From: a virus
Lineage: Duplodnaviria; Caudoviricetes
Reading direction: 5' to 3' (one strand)
Length of the DNA stretch: 64,000 nt
Virus record (IMG/VR): IMGVR_UViG_3300035502_001274
Location: 32,001 to 96,000 of that record
The position numbers were made by a program, and so were the translations under genes. The notes beneath the pieces were generated by a model. That model was given only the letters and a program-made list of their open reading frames with translations. It was not told the origin of the DNA and did no database searches. This document shows, in pieces, positions 45,166-55,160 of the stretch; position 1 is the stretch's first letter, and the number at the start of each line of letters is the position of its first letter.

Positions 45166-45234
45166 AAGAATCTCTCCTTTATCGAATTACAGCGTTGCTT
45201 GCAAAAAAAGAAGCTGCCATTTGGCAGCTCCTCT

Positions 45235-45663
45235 TTAAAGGCTAATCAGCCCCAATGCAGGTCTGGGATATATGCGAGTTCTGTGCTCGTCATCATCGGG
45301 CATTGACGGTAGTTTGGTAGCATCTTTGATGGCCCACTCAAATTCCCTAGCAATCGATTTGCGAGCTCTACGGTCCTTTATGGCGACCATATATTCGCCC
45401 AATCGTGCGCTAAGGCTATTGTATAGTTTGATATCTTCGCTGCTAAGCGTCGAGGGCTTGCTAAAATAGCTCCGAGCGCACATCCCATGCAGCGCATAGT
45501 TTGTAAGATCCAGACTCAGTTCAATACCTTGTGAAATAGTCCATTTGGCGTCCATCACTTCCTGCTTCTCAATCAGCATTATGAAGCCATTGACGAGCTC
45601 ATTCCACTCGGCATCAAGTTTCTTTGCGGATTCGGTCATCGAATGATTGATCACGACAGACAA
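45235..45663 (-). CDS. Hypothetical protein
   Basis: 142 aa, GAGGAG SD, TTG start. Confidence 0.6.
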   Translation of the reverse strand: MSVVINHSMTESAKKLDAEWNELVNGFIMLIEKQEVMDAKWTISQGIELSLDLTNYALHGMCARSYFSKPSTLSSEDIKLYNSLSARLGEYMVAIKDRRARKSIAREFEWAIKDATKLPSMPDDDEHRTRIYPRPALGLISL

Positions 45664-46024
45664 ACTCTCCTCTCAATTTATGTGGCACACGCCACTTCAT
45701 TTCATCTATGATACCCTTGCCGGCCCTACGGATACCATCATTCTCAAAGATTGAAAGCAGATCGCTTATACGCTTTCCAAGAGCCCGAATTGTCTCAGCG
45801 CATTCAGGCTCAATGTTCTGCAAATAGTACTCAGGCTCGTGGTCATACCTCATAATACTCTTGTATGGCTTAATGAGCGCATTGAAATACCCACTGATAT
45901 TTGATGGTGCACAAGTCAGCGGTGATTTTACCAGATCTTCATACGCACTGAGAATACTTTCGCGCTCATCGAGAACAGGCTTCCATAGACTAGCCATCAC
46001 GTTTTCATTTTCCTTTGGATTCAC
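45614..46024 (-). CDS. Hypothetical protein
   Basis: 136 aa, GGAGG SD. Confidence 0.65.
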   Translation of the reverse strand: MNPKENENVMASLWKPVLDERESILSAYEDLVKSPLTCAPSNISGYFNALIKPYKSIMRYDHEPEYYLQNIEPECAETIRALGKRISDLLSIFENDGIRRAGKGIIDEMKWRVPHKLRGEFVCRDQSFDDRIRKET

Positions 46025-46183
46025 CTAATCGCCTCCATTATAGAATTTATCAAATCTTCAATTCGCCATTATGTGAGAAAATACTTCGTCAGAACTCAGC
46101 AAATTACGGCAAATAAAAGACCTCATTTTCGCTAGAATCGATTTTGAGAGGAGGGTCCGTGTGTAGACACGGACCCTCTATTT

Positions 46184-46573
46184 TTATGCCTCGCTGACGA
46201 TGCTGATGACGTAAAAGTGCTTCGGTGTTACGCCAAACAGGTAGGCGGTATCTTCGGGAATGCAGCCATATGCACTGGGATTGAACTGGCCATATCCGGC
46301 CATCGTAATGCCCATGGTCTTCTCGACAATGTCATCTCCAATGGTGACGGGCAGCTTTTGCCAACTGAAAGCACCATTGAGCGCATAGAGGCTGCCAGGC
46401 TGGCAGGCCGGAATTTCCTGCTCCAATGCAATGAGTGCACGAGCGCCGCAGACAGTAGCACTCGGCATCCCATTCCTCATGCTGGCAATGCGGAAACCGT
46501 CAAACACGTTCAGCATCGTTCTCTCATAGTCCGGCACGGTAAACATGCACGTCCAAAATCCTTTCTTTTTCAT
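46184..46573 (-). CDS. Hypothetical protein
   Basis: 129 aa, GAGGAG SD. Confidence 0.7.
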   Translation of the reverse strand: MKKKGFWTCMFTVPDYERTMLNVFDGFRIASMRNGMPSATVCGARALIALEQEIPACQPGSLYALNGAFSWQKLPVTIGDDIVEKTMGITMAGYGQFNPSAYGCIPEDTAYLFGVTPKHFYVISIVSEA

Positions 46574-46583
46574 AAACTCCTCC

Positions 46584-47360
46584 TCAGACGATGATTTGTA
46601 ATAGTGGAATGATGATATTGCGATAATTGAATGTGATGTCGACGTCGTCGATCATATCGTCTGGCACTATGTCCATCATGGTCGGCCCGTCGAATCCATT
46701 CACACGGAAGAGCGCCTCTCTTGTGAATTCTCTATAGTATTCCACATCGAGCTCTCTTTCCTTGTAGTATTTGGCGAACTCTTTGATCCACGCATAAACC
46801 TTGCGCAGATCCATATTGCTGCCCTCTGCCACATCGACGAACTCCTGGAGAAAAGACAGCATGCCGGGTTTCAGTTTCACCAGAGCATGGCCAAAGTCTT
46901 TATCTTCCTGCACGAAGTTCTTGATGTCAATCTGGCCATTTCTCTTGAAGTAGAACTCCAGGCGAGGGCCAATCTGCAAGGCAGCGTGATATTCATTCTT
47001 GGGTCTAAACTTCAGGTGTTCTCCAAACTGAGTTTGCCGGATCGGTCTATTGACCACAAAGACGGCATCCCTTCTAATGGCCAGAATATCCACGTCCCTG
47101 TCTAAGTCATTGGCGTCGATGAAACGATTCACGGCGTCATTGAAGGACGCTTCCAGCGCTTTGGAGAACTCTTTATTTTCACGCATGAGTAAGCCCACTC
47201 GGATGAGGCGCTGGTCTTTCTCCAACGCCTCCAGCTCCCGAATGGTCTCCTCTGGCATGAGGTGATAGGTATGCATAATGGATGTATTGCCGCTCTTGAT
47301 GTCATACTCCGTAATCTGGGAATTGATCAAGAGCGGCAGACCGTCGTTGGTCCAGGTCAT
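46584..47360 (-). CDS. Small family-B DNA polymerase palm-like protein
   Basis: ITEYDIKSGNTSI (motif A-like DxxS) and ILAIRRDAVFV (motif C-like). Confidence 0.5.
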   Translation of the reverse strand: MTWTNDGLPLLINSQITEYDIKSGNTSIMHTYHLMPEETIRELEALEKDQRLIRVGLLMRENKEFSKALEASFNDAVNRFIDANDLDRDVDILAIRRDAVFVVNRPIRQTQFGEHLKFRPKNEYHAALQIGPRLEFYFKRNGQIDIKNFVQEDKDFGHALVKLKPGMLSFLQEFVDVAEGSNMDLRKVYAWIKEFAKYYKERELDVEYYREFTREALFRVNGFDGPTMMDIVPDDMIDDVDITFNYRNIIIPLLQIIV

Positions 47361-47363
47361 GGG

Positions 47364-48035
47364 TTATCCTCTCCTTACAATGGGACTGGTATGCGCATGT
47401 GCAATGAACGACACTGCGGACGGATAGATGAATAGCACATGAGGATCCATCAGGAGGCTGTCATCGACGAGGATCTTCTCATCATGCTCCTGGTAAGACG
47501 CCGGATTGACTCCAATCATGTAGATACTGAAGTCATTTTTCACGGTCGTGAAAGGCTTCAGTTCATACATGAAATCCACAGCGCCTTGGACGTCGACAGC
47601 CATGAAAGACTTGGGCTCGTCATGAATGACAAAGTTGCCCAGGCGCGGGCGGAATCCTTGATGTCCACGGAAAGCGACGCTTCTCGCAAAGATCCGGTAG
47701 GTCGCTTCTGAGAGAGGAATTGCCACACCAGCGTGGGCAGGATATCTCATCTTGCTGAAACTCTCGCTAACGGAATTGCCAATGGTCTTCAGGTTCGGCT
47801 CCTGATCATCCAAGCAGATCTCGCAGTGGATCTGCTTAGACTCGAAGTTGGAGCAGAACGCAATGCGGGAAGAGTAGGAATTGGTGATATCTTCCCGATG
47901 CGCGTCATACATGGAACCCAACTGGTCCACATACTGCCGAGGGGTCAAAGGGATAGGCCGCTGCTCGCTGATGCGAGCGCCATGGACAGTCCCCATGCAA
48001 TTATGGGTGGCTGCGCTCAAAATAATGCTAGTCAT
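47364..48035 (-). CDS. Hypothetical protein
   Basis: 223 aa, GAAAGGA SD. Confidence 0.7.
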   Translation of the reverse strand: MTSIILSAATHNCMGTVHGARISEQRPIPLTPRQYVDQLGSMYDAHREDITNSYSSRIAFCSNFESKQIHCEICLDDQEPNLKTIGNSVSESFSKMRYPAHAGVAIPLSEATYRIFARSVAFRGHQGFRPRLGNFVIHDEPKSFMAVDVQGAVDFMYELKPFTTVKNDFSIYMIGVNPASYQEHDEKILVDDSLLMDPHVLFIYPSAVSFIAHAHTSPIVRRG

Positions 48036-48099
48036 ATTCTATACGTTCCTTTCTTGTAAAGCTCCAATGCAGATTCTAGAGAATGAAATGGACGACTTC

Positions 48100-48687
48100 T
48101 CAGTCGAAGTCGTCCATTCCCTGCATCTTCATTACTTCTTCGGGCTCCAGGTCTAAGTGTTTGCCCATGAATTTGATGTGTTTCTTCAAGGTCTTGTAAT
48201 ACTCCCGGTCATGTTTCCGGCTTAAGACCTCTTTAATGGTGCTCTTGTCGAGCTTGTGGTTGATGCCAACGGCCAATTCTACGCCATAGTCGTCGTTGAT
48301 CTTCTTGGCCAGCGGCTCCCAGAGCTTGAAATAGAGTGGTGTTCTCATCACCAGGAAGATATTCAGGTCTTCACCGGCAGTCTTCCATTGACGATAGATG
48401 CAGGATGCCATATAGTGGATCCGTACATTGACACTCTCATCATCCAGCCAAGCTTCCAGATAGCGCTTATAGTGCTTGATCTTGATCTTGGATTCCTGGC
48501 TGTCAGGCTCCAGAATGATCTTTTGCAACGTTGGTGTTGGCGCCAATTCATCGCACTCAGCGCGGCCGCCGAGCTGCTTCATGGCCTCATCATAATGCTG
48601 CGTGGAGTCCAGAATCAGGAAATCCTTATGCCGGACCCACTTATCGATCTTCTTCTTGAAGGACTTTTCGGGACAAATGATGATCAT
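48100..48687 (-). CDS. Hypothetical protein
   Basis: 195 aa; ATGA coupling to the upstream gene. Confidence 0.75.
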   Translation of the reverse strand: MIIICPEKSFKKKIDKWVRHKDFLILDSTQHYDEAMKQLGGRAECDELAPTPTLQKIILEPDSQESKIKIKHYKRYLEAWLDDESVNVRIHYMASCIYRQWKTAGEDLNIFLVMRTPLYFKLWEPLAKKINDDYGVELAVGINHKLDKSTIKEVLSRKHDREYYKTLKKHIKFMGKHLDLEPEEVMKMQGMDDFD

Positions 48688-49547
48688 GCAATTTCACTTC
48701 CTCTCTTAATCTTGGGATCGATCACAAAGGTGCAGAGCAACTTATGGTCAGCAGCCAGTTGCTTGGTCTTTCCAACCACTACCTTGATCTCTGCCGCAGT
48801 ATTGATGGCTGACGCCAAATTTCCCAGAATCTGATTCATGCGATTGCTATTGCTGGAGATAATCAGCGTCACGTCATTGTCAAACTGATTCTTGAAATCG
48901 GTCTCAAAGATATAGTACGCGGTTTCCGTGTCGTAGTAAATGGTGCTTCCCAGAGCATCTTTGGCCAACCAGTCCATCTGGATGTTGATGTTGGACGGCT
49001 TATTGCTCTTGCGGCGGTACATCATCCACGGAGTATCGCTTTGCAGCTCCTTCTCAATGTCGTAGAATGGCATGCTGGTCATGGAACTCGGATAGAGTTT
49101 GGTCCAGTCGCTGAAGATGATGGCCCCATGTGTGATGATGGCGTCGTAGAGCACTTCAGCGATACTGGTCTCGTTTCGATTCTCCAGCTTGAAGTAGTCT
49201 TGCAGAGCTCCGCAGATGGCACTGGGCTCCATGCGCAGTCTCATATAGCGGTCCAAGATGTTGGCATTGGCCAATTCATCAATGGTCCTATTGTAGACAT
49301 AGCGATAGAGCGCTTCAATGTCACCATAGTACATGCGTGCATTCTGCTGGTTCTGATGCTCCTGGAGTTGGAGATAGAATCCAGTCTCCAGGATGGTGGT
49401 GTTAAATACCTGATGATGGCCCGGTTCCATGATGATCGGACTCTCGCAGGATCTCGGCGATGTCTTCATATCGGATGCAATCCGCTCCGACATCTTCTCC
49501 AAGGCTAAAGCCGGTTGCAGGTCTTGCTTTACCGAGTTCATGATCAA
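48684..49547 (-). CDS. Hypothetical protein
   Basis: 287 aa, GGGAGG SD. Confidence 0.75.
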   Translation of the reverse strand: MIMNSVKQDLQPALALEKMSERIASDMKTSPRSCESPIIMEPGHHQVFNTTILETGFYLQLQEHQNQQNARMYYGDIEALYRYVYNRTIDELANANILDRYMRLRMEPSAICGALQDYFKLENRNETSIAEVLYDAIITHGAIIFSDWTKLYPSSMTSMPFYDIEKELQSDTPWMMYRRKSNKPSNINIQMDWLAKDALGSTIYYDTETAYYIFETDFKNQFDNDVTLIISSNSNRMNQILGNLASAINTAAEIKVVVGKTKQLAADHKLLCTFVIDPKIKRGSEIA

Positions 49548-50391
49548 TATGCCCTCCCTTCATCAAATTATTCCGGTACATCGTGCTATTGAGCTGACTG
49601 AAGTCTGGTAACTCAAAGCCAGTGACGTCCTTATAGAGCGTATCTTCCACCTTATTGGTCAATCGACGATAAACGTCAATGAATCCAAAGTTCACGGCAC
49701 AATGCTCACATGTAAAGGCTGTGAAATTGGTGGTATATCGCAGGTCTCTACCGCAGATGGGACAGGTCATGGCTTCTTCATTGCCCAGTCTGGGAATCAG
49801 ATAACCGATATCCAGAACGACGAGCTCGCCATTCCTTCGAATGCCCCAATTGCAGAAATTCTTCTCAGCGTAGCCAATATCGGTGAAGATGTAGGCATGA
49901 CTGAGCTGTTCACAAATGGACAGAATGCCGGCCTTATTGGCACGAAACTCCTCTTTGGAGAGAAGCTCGACGTTCTCTGCAATCAGAATGGGCCCATTAC
50001 ACTCATAAACGTGCGGAGAAACCCATTCCAGCTCGGGAGAACGCTTGAATTCTGTCACATTATCCACAATGCCCCGTCGATCGAGGGCAATCTTGTGGCA
50101 ATATCCGTCAGGCCCCAGCAATCCCACTCGATTGGTGCCAGGTCCCAACTCCGAAAACTCATCGCCCACAATCTCCTTCACGACATCGACCTTTTCATTA
50201 TTGCTTTCACAGTCGATCAGGAGCGCGTGCGCATAGAGCTTCTTGATGATGTCAGGCGGATAGAGTCTCAGAATGTGGCTTTTGGGCCTTTCATCATACT
50301 CTTCCTCATCGACATCTACTGCGGGTCTCCCCATCGGACGTCCACTCCCACTCAGGAGCACGTCCATCGGATCGAAATCCTCAATACTCAT
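49402..50391 (-). CDS. Protein-kinase-like protein with a C-terminal Zn ribbon
   Basis: LGPGTNR (Gly loop), HKIA (catalytic Lys), NVTE (helix-C Glu), TDIG...NWG (catalytic loop), VLDIGY (DFG-like), CPIC...CEHC. Confidence 0.7.
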   Translation of the reverse strand: MSIEDFDPMDVLLSGSGRPMGRPAVDVDEEEYDERPKSHILRLYPPDIIKKLYAHALLIDCESNNEKVDVVKEIVGDEFSELGPGTNRVGLLGPDGYCHKIALDRRGIVDNVTEFKRSPELEWVSPHVYECNGPILIAENVELLSKEEFRANKAGILSICEQLSHAYIFTDIGYAEKNFCNWGIRRNGELVVLDIGYLIPRLGNEEAMTCPICGRDLRYTTNFTAFTCEHCAVNFGFIDVYRRLTNKVEDTLYKDVTGFELPDFSQLNSTMYRNNLMKGGHIDHELGKARPATGFSLGEDVGADCIRYEDIAEILRESDHHGTGPSSGI

Positions 50392-51562
50392 CGTCTTCTC
50401 TCCTCTTTACCCGCTTCATGTCTTCAAAGCGGACCGTTCCGCCATTGACGCAGATCTTGTTATTGAGCAGGACCTCTGCCAACCGCTGATCTGCTCGAAG
50501 CGCCTTATTGGCATGCTTGTCGAGCTTCTTCTGCTTCTTGCGAAGCTTCTTCTGATCCTTCTCAGACAAGCCCGGGTCATAGCCCAAACTGGCCATGCCA
50601 GTTCTGATGGCTTTCACACGGCTCTTAGCGACACCTTTGCTGGTCATCGTACCGAGAATATCGACTCCCAGATACGTGACCATCTGCTGATAAAGCTCGA
50701 GCTCGGCGGCCTTGGACTTATCTCTCAGGCAAGTGCCATCATAGAAGATCTTTCCGCCTTTGGCTTCATCTTCTTCAGCGGCAATCTGGCCTTCATGACG
50801 GAATTTTCGTGTCTCCATACGAGCCATCTGTGCCACCAGAGAATCGCCAATCTTATCATGATCGGTGAACTCGGTGTCATAGACGCCTCTGGACACGTTG
50901 GCATAGTAGTTGTCAATGAAATTCATGTTACTACCAATGCCCGAAACGGATCCGCCATTGAGCAGAATTTCACGCCGGTGCATTCTCCGATACTTATCGG
51001 TCGTGCGCTGGAGCAATTCTCGCTCTTTCTTGCTCATCTTGTGATTCAGAGCCCAATCGATATCAGGCTCTTCATCATGAGCGGGCTCTTCTTCCATGTC
51101 ACAAAGCTTCTTCACATATTCCATGCAATCTGCTTCGCTAATGCCATAGGGCGCAAAGGACGGCACAATGCCCTGCTTGAGCATTCTCCGTGCCTTGGCT
51201 CTTCTTAAGATGGGACGATGGTTGAAACTTGGCAGAGGATCCTTCAAAGCACCTGCTTCTTCCAGTTCCACCGCCATGTCATAAGACCCATATTTACCCA
51301 CCAGATAATCCATATAGTCATCATAGAGAGCCACCCACTCAAGATACTTGTCTACGCGCTTGGTGGATCCTCTCATCCGAGCGATATTTCGTCTGGTGAA
51401 TCTAGGGTCTGCTTGGACTGCCTCCTGCCCATAGTCTTCGATGTCGATCCTGAAATAGAGATCTCCAAAATCGTTCATCAAAGGCTCAAAGAGCATTTGA
51501 GGGAAGGCATCATCCATTGCGTGTGCTGCTTGCTCTAGTTTGGCTGCATAGGTCGCATCCAC
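50381..51562 (-). CDS. Hypothetical protein
   Basis: 393 aa; first gene of a leftward operon; early-type motif at ~51690-51702. Confidence 0.75.
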   Translation of the reverse strand: MDATYAAKLEQAAHAMDDAFPQMLFEPLMNDFGDLYFRIDIEDYGQEAVQADPRFTRRNIARMRGSTKRVDKYLEWVALYDDYMDYLVGKYGSYDMAVELEEAGALKDPLPSFNHRPILRRAKARRMLKQGIVPSFAPYGISEADCMEYVKKLCDMEEEPAHDEEPDIDWALNHKMSKKERELLQRTTDKYRRMHRREILLNGGSVSGIGSNMNFIDNYYANVSRGVYDTEFTDHDKIGDSLVAQMARMETRKFRHEGQIAAEEDEAKGGKIFYDGTCLRDKSKAAELELYQQMVTYLGVDILGTMTSKGVAKSRVKAIRTGMASLGYDPGLSEKDQKKLRKKQKKLDKHANKALRADQRLAEVLLNNKICVNGGTVRFEDMKRVKRREDDEY

Positions 51563-51689
51563 AATTCTAACCCTTCTTTCCTTTGGAATTCCATCTTGGC
51601 TATCGATGGTGATGTGCCATACGTCCGTAGCCTGAAACTACAGCCTCCTTCATCTAAAAATTTGACGTACCAGATAGTTTGACACATAA

Positions 51690-52250
51690 TGATGATATAT
51701 TTTTGAAGATGCTGTCAAATTTGGAAGCTGCGTAAAATTTTACAAAATGGCATTTTAGGCCAAAAATGTACTGTATTAAAAATCTACATCCACATATCAT
51801 ACTATAGGGTGTTAGATTAGAATGGAAGCGCGTTGAACTTGTCATTTTCAACCGCACTTTTCTTTTTTATAGAGAAATTTTGAGGTCATTTTTAGACCTC
51901 AAAATTTTCTCAGAATTTCCAATTTAGATAAAAAATCGCGTAAATTTCTATTTTATAGAAATTTACGCGGTAATTTTACCGTATTAAAATTTTATATCCA
52001 CATATTATACTATGGGGTGTTAGAATAGAATGTACGCGTGACCTTCTTTTTTGGTCACGCACGTAGAATTTAAAAATAATGAAAAATGGTTTCTTTTTGG
52101 GTTCTTTAAGAGATATAAATTTAATACAAAAATCCAGAGAAAATCCATAAAAGAAATTATAAAATCTAGAGAAATTTAGAAGAAATTTAACCTGACTAAA
52201 GAGAGAAGATCCGAAGGATCTTCTCCCTTTAAGTACATATTATTTCCATG
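51690..52250. other. AT-rich origin-like / divergent regulatory region
   Basis: Very AT-rich. 56-bp direct repeat (51769-51824 / 51977-52032, 49/56 identical). Inverted repeats at 51875-51907, 51937-51969 and ~52036-52060. Confidence 0.5.
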
Positions 52251-52341
52251 AAGGAGGTACACAAATTGTATATCCCAAGAATTTTATTGGGAACGGTAAT
52301 ATCCAAACTCTATTTTCAATAAAGAAAGGAAGTAATAATCA

Positions 52342-53670
52342 GTGGAAGCAAGTATGTGGCCCTATACCAGAGGAGCTGTAGTAGTATACAATGCACCTTT
52401 TAAGAAAGAGGTATGCGAGAGATATGGTATTTTGGCTTCTCATCCGGTATTGATTGTCAATGCAGTTACTCCAGGACCTAGAAAGAACTATCAGTGTATG
52501 ATGTGTACTTCCAAAGTTGACAAGTATCCAGGATATCGGTTCTTTATGAATGCAGCCAATCCCAAGAATAGAATGTACGATGTGATTAGATGCAATCAGA
52601 TTTTTACGATTGAGACTGCCCAGTTAGGGCAGATTATTGGATACCTTCCTCCAGCATTAGTCGAGAAATGCGTAAAGGCGTATGGTTTCGAGATTGGCTT
52701 AAATAATGAGATTCCCGAGTATTATGCCAACGATGAAACGGCTATGGGATGGCTCAATGCAGGAGAAGTCAATGTACCCAAACAGCCTGATGCCTATAAG
52801 GTTCCTGGACAGCCTGTGGGATCGCATAAGAAGATCACAGTAGCTACGGCTTATTCTCCCAGAACGACATCTGATACTCCCTTTAGTGTTGGAGGTATTA
52901 CAACCACTCAGCCTATCACTGTCGATGATGCAAGGGAGTTTATTCCAGGAGATGAAGAGACTTCTTCCAGTATGGGTGGACCCACTACAACGGTATTCTC
53001 TCAGAAATCTGTATCGGAAGAAGTTGCTGAAGAGGAAGCTGCTAGTAAGATGCCAGAAAAGGCTCAAGAAACTCCTATGGTAACAGCTCCTGAGATCAAG
53101 CAGGATGAGGTTCATATCAATGAGCCCAATGCCAAGGCTGAAGTTCATGCGTTGGCAGTGAAGGATCTGGAAGATGAACCGACTTTGGAGTTCATTTCTC
53201 ATCGGCCTGAAACCCAGCCCAATGACACGCTACTTACTCCTGAGGATAAGCAGATGATTGAGGAAACCAGACAGTATCCTTACATCAAGAAGACCGATAT
53301 CATCACCAAAGGTCTGCCTATGCTGACCATGGACGACAAGTACGATATCTGGATGGGCAGACTTTCCGGCTATGCTCTCATCAAGAGAGGCATTGCAAAC
53401 TCCTCATATGCGGCCAAGCAGCTGATGATGTATGTCAACTTTAATACCAAGACCCAAAAGGATCGTCTGGTAGATGGCGTCTATCATCACAATATCGATT
53501 TGCAGTATCTGGGCGAAGCTTATATGCTGGCATTCAGAGTGATGACCGTCAGTGATGTGCGGGATATCAAGATGGGTTTAACGGCCTACGAGACCTACGC
53601 CAAGAAGTTTGGAATGGATATTGAGAAAACCTATATTGGGGAACTTCGCAAAGCCAATCTGATCATCTAA
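52342..53670 (+). CDS. MazF/PemK-like domain fused to a long C-terminal extension
   Basis: YTRGAVVVY...SHPVLIVN...MCTSK...VIRCNQIFTIETAQLGQIIGYL...EIGL follows the PemK consensus (RGDI..., RPVLVV, PITS, CDQIRTID..RL...IG.L). Confidence 0.7.
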   Translation: MEASMWPYTRGAVVVYNAPFKKEVCERYGILASHPVLIVNAVTPGPRKNYQCMMCTSKVDKYPGYRFFMNAANPKNRMYDVIRCNQIFTIETAQLGQIIGYLPPALVEKCVKAYGFEIGLNNEIPEYYANDETAMGWLNAGEVNVPKQPDAYKVPGQPVGSHKKITVATAYSPRTTSDTPFSVGGITTTQPITVDDAREFIPGDEETSSSMGGPTTTVFSQKSVSEEVAEEEAASKMPEKAQETPMVTAPEIKQDEVHINEPNAKAEVHALAVKDLEDEPTLEFISHRPETQPNDTLLTPEDKQMIEETRQYPYIKKTDIITKGLPMLTMDDKYDIWMGRLSGYALIKRGIANSSYAAKQLMMYVNFNTKTQKDRLVDGVYHHNIDLQYLGEAYMLAFRVMTVSDVRDIKMGLTAYETYAKKFGMDIEKTYIGELRKANLII

Positions 53671-53682
53671 GGCGAAATTAAG

Positions 53683-53711
53683 GAAGCTTACTACCTCGTG
53701 TAGTAAGCTTC
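53683..53711. terminator. Bidirectional terminator
   Basis: GAAGCTTACTAC / GTAGTAAGCTTC followed by a T-run. Confidence 0.8.
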
Positions 53712-53721
53712 TTTTTTGATG

Positions 53722-54552
53722 TTAATGAGCGGTGGTCTTCATTTTCTTGAGATAATCGGTCATAAAAGTGCCGTTGTAGAAAGGCAGCATTGAGAAACTC
53801 TCAGCCACCCAAGGGCAGAGCTTATCAATGCGACCCAACTCTACCAGAGCATCATAGTCCACTACATGGACAGAATGCTTCTGAGGCTCTGCTGTGGTAA
53901 TGCAGTCCAGCAGATTGGCCGACGGTGTATTCTCCAAATCGACGTCCAAGAGGAATCCCAGATGAGAACTCATGGTTCCAGGGATCTCCTCAAAGATGGG
54001 AGTAATGCTGGCATAATTCGCGATCCGATCTTGGAGATCAGTGCTCAGTTGCCGCAGCATAACGGGATCTTCAATAGTGATTTCTTCCAAAGCTTCGCGC
54101 AAACCTTCCTTACGAACGCAGTCGTAGATGAAAGGCAGATTGACCCGAGTCTGCGGAGAAGACACGGTATTGGCAATGACGCTGTACTGACAATGGCCCT
54201 GTGGATAGGTGTAAGTGCCTTTCAGGTAGTTGGTGGTCGGACAGTCTTTGGCCAGCTCCAGCATAATGACCTGGGCATTGGTATGAATGCAGAGCGTTGC
54301 AACCAGCTGAACGTAGACACCGTAATATTCGATTTCCCCACGCTCTTTGCCATAGAGAGTTGCCAGAATGCTGTTAGGTGTGACACCCTTTCTGACAGAC
54401 AGGATCCGCGGAATGTCGGATCTGTGGATGCAGACCACCTTCTCATGGTTCAGATTGTAGCAGTAGTCTCTGATTGCGTAAGGAGCAGTCTCTATCTGGC
54501 AACTTTTCTTGAATAAAGAGAAAAGCTGCGCTTCATGATCCAGATTAGCCAT
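53722..54552 (-). CDS. Nudix-like hydrolase
   Basis: YPQGHC...GLREALEEITI (Nudix box with an insertion) and HLGFL. Start at ATG 54552 after GGAGG. Confidence 0.6.
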   Translation of the reverse strand: MANLDHEAQLFSLFKKSCQIETAPYAIRDYCYNLNHEKVVCIHRSDIPRILSVRKGVTPNSILATLYGKERGEIEYYGVYVQLVATLCIHTNAQVIMLELAKDCPTTNYLKGTYTYPQGHCQYSVIANTVSSPQTRVNLPFIYDCVRKEGLREALEEITIEDPVMLRQLSTDLQDRIANYASITPIFEEIPGTMSSHLGFLLDVDLENTPSANLLDCITTAEPQKHSVHVVDYDALVELGRIDKLCPWVAESFSMLPFYNGTFMTDYLKKMKTTAH

Positions 54553-55021
54553 CGTCTTCCTCCAATTCGTAAGCGTCGTAGACATAGAGAGAATAGAACT
54601 TCTCGAAGCTGGGAATCACTTCACCATAGTTCTTCATCAGATAGGTGGTGAACTTATCCAGCATATCGAGAATCTTATCGCCGGACCCTATGGTCTCTTC
54701 CGAGATGCCCACCACGATGTAGTCCTTGGACTTCACGTTGATCTCTCCGCCATCGCCACAGACAATGATGATGAGACCAGAAATGGGCTTCAATAGGTCA
54801 GTCTTGCACATGACAGCCACAGCCATCTGGCCATTGGCGATCGCATTGCGTGCCGCCGTATTCTTGGGAAACGTTCTGTTGATGTTTCGTAAGACGTCAG
54901 CAATGCTCAGCATCGTGACATCCATATCGATCGTTGCGAAATTGATTTGTTTGACCTTCTCAGGGAAGATCTCTTTGAGCATCTGATATTTGGGATTGCT
55001 CGAATCCAGAGGCTGACCCAT
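54545..55021 (-). CDS. Hypothetical protein
   Basis: 158 aa, AAAGGAGG SD. Confidence 0.75.
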   Translation of the reverse strand: MGQPLDSSNPKYQMLKEIFPEKVKQINFATIDMDVTMLSIADVLRNINRTFPKNTAARNAIANGQMAVAVMCKTDLLKPISGLIIIVCGDGGEINVKSKDYIVVGISEETIGSGDKILDMLDKFTTYLMKNYGEVIPSFEKFYSLYVYDAYELEEDDG

Positions 55022-55115
55022 TGATAAGGTCCTCCTTTCAATAAACTTGATAATTCGTTTCTCAGATTATTAAGTCGTATGTTAATGGGTGATTTTCAGG
55101 CATACCGGAGATTTC

Positions 55116-55127
55116 CACATTTTGATA
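55116..55127 (+). promoter_or_regulatory. Putative late promoter CACA-N6-TA
   Basis: CACAttttgaTAatcg. Confidence 0.5.
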
Positions 55128-55160
55128 ATCGGCAAAATACTTGAAAGGAGGCCATTTCTT

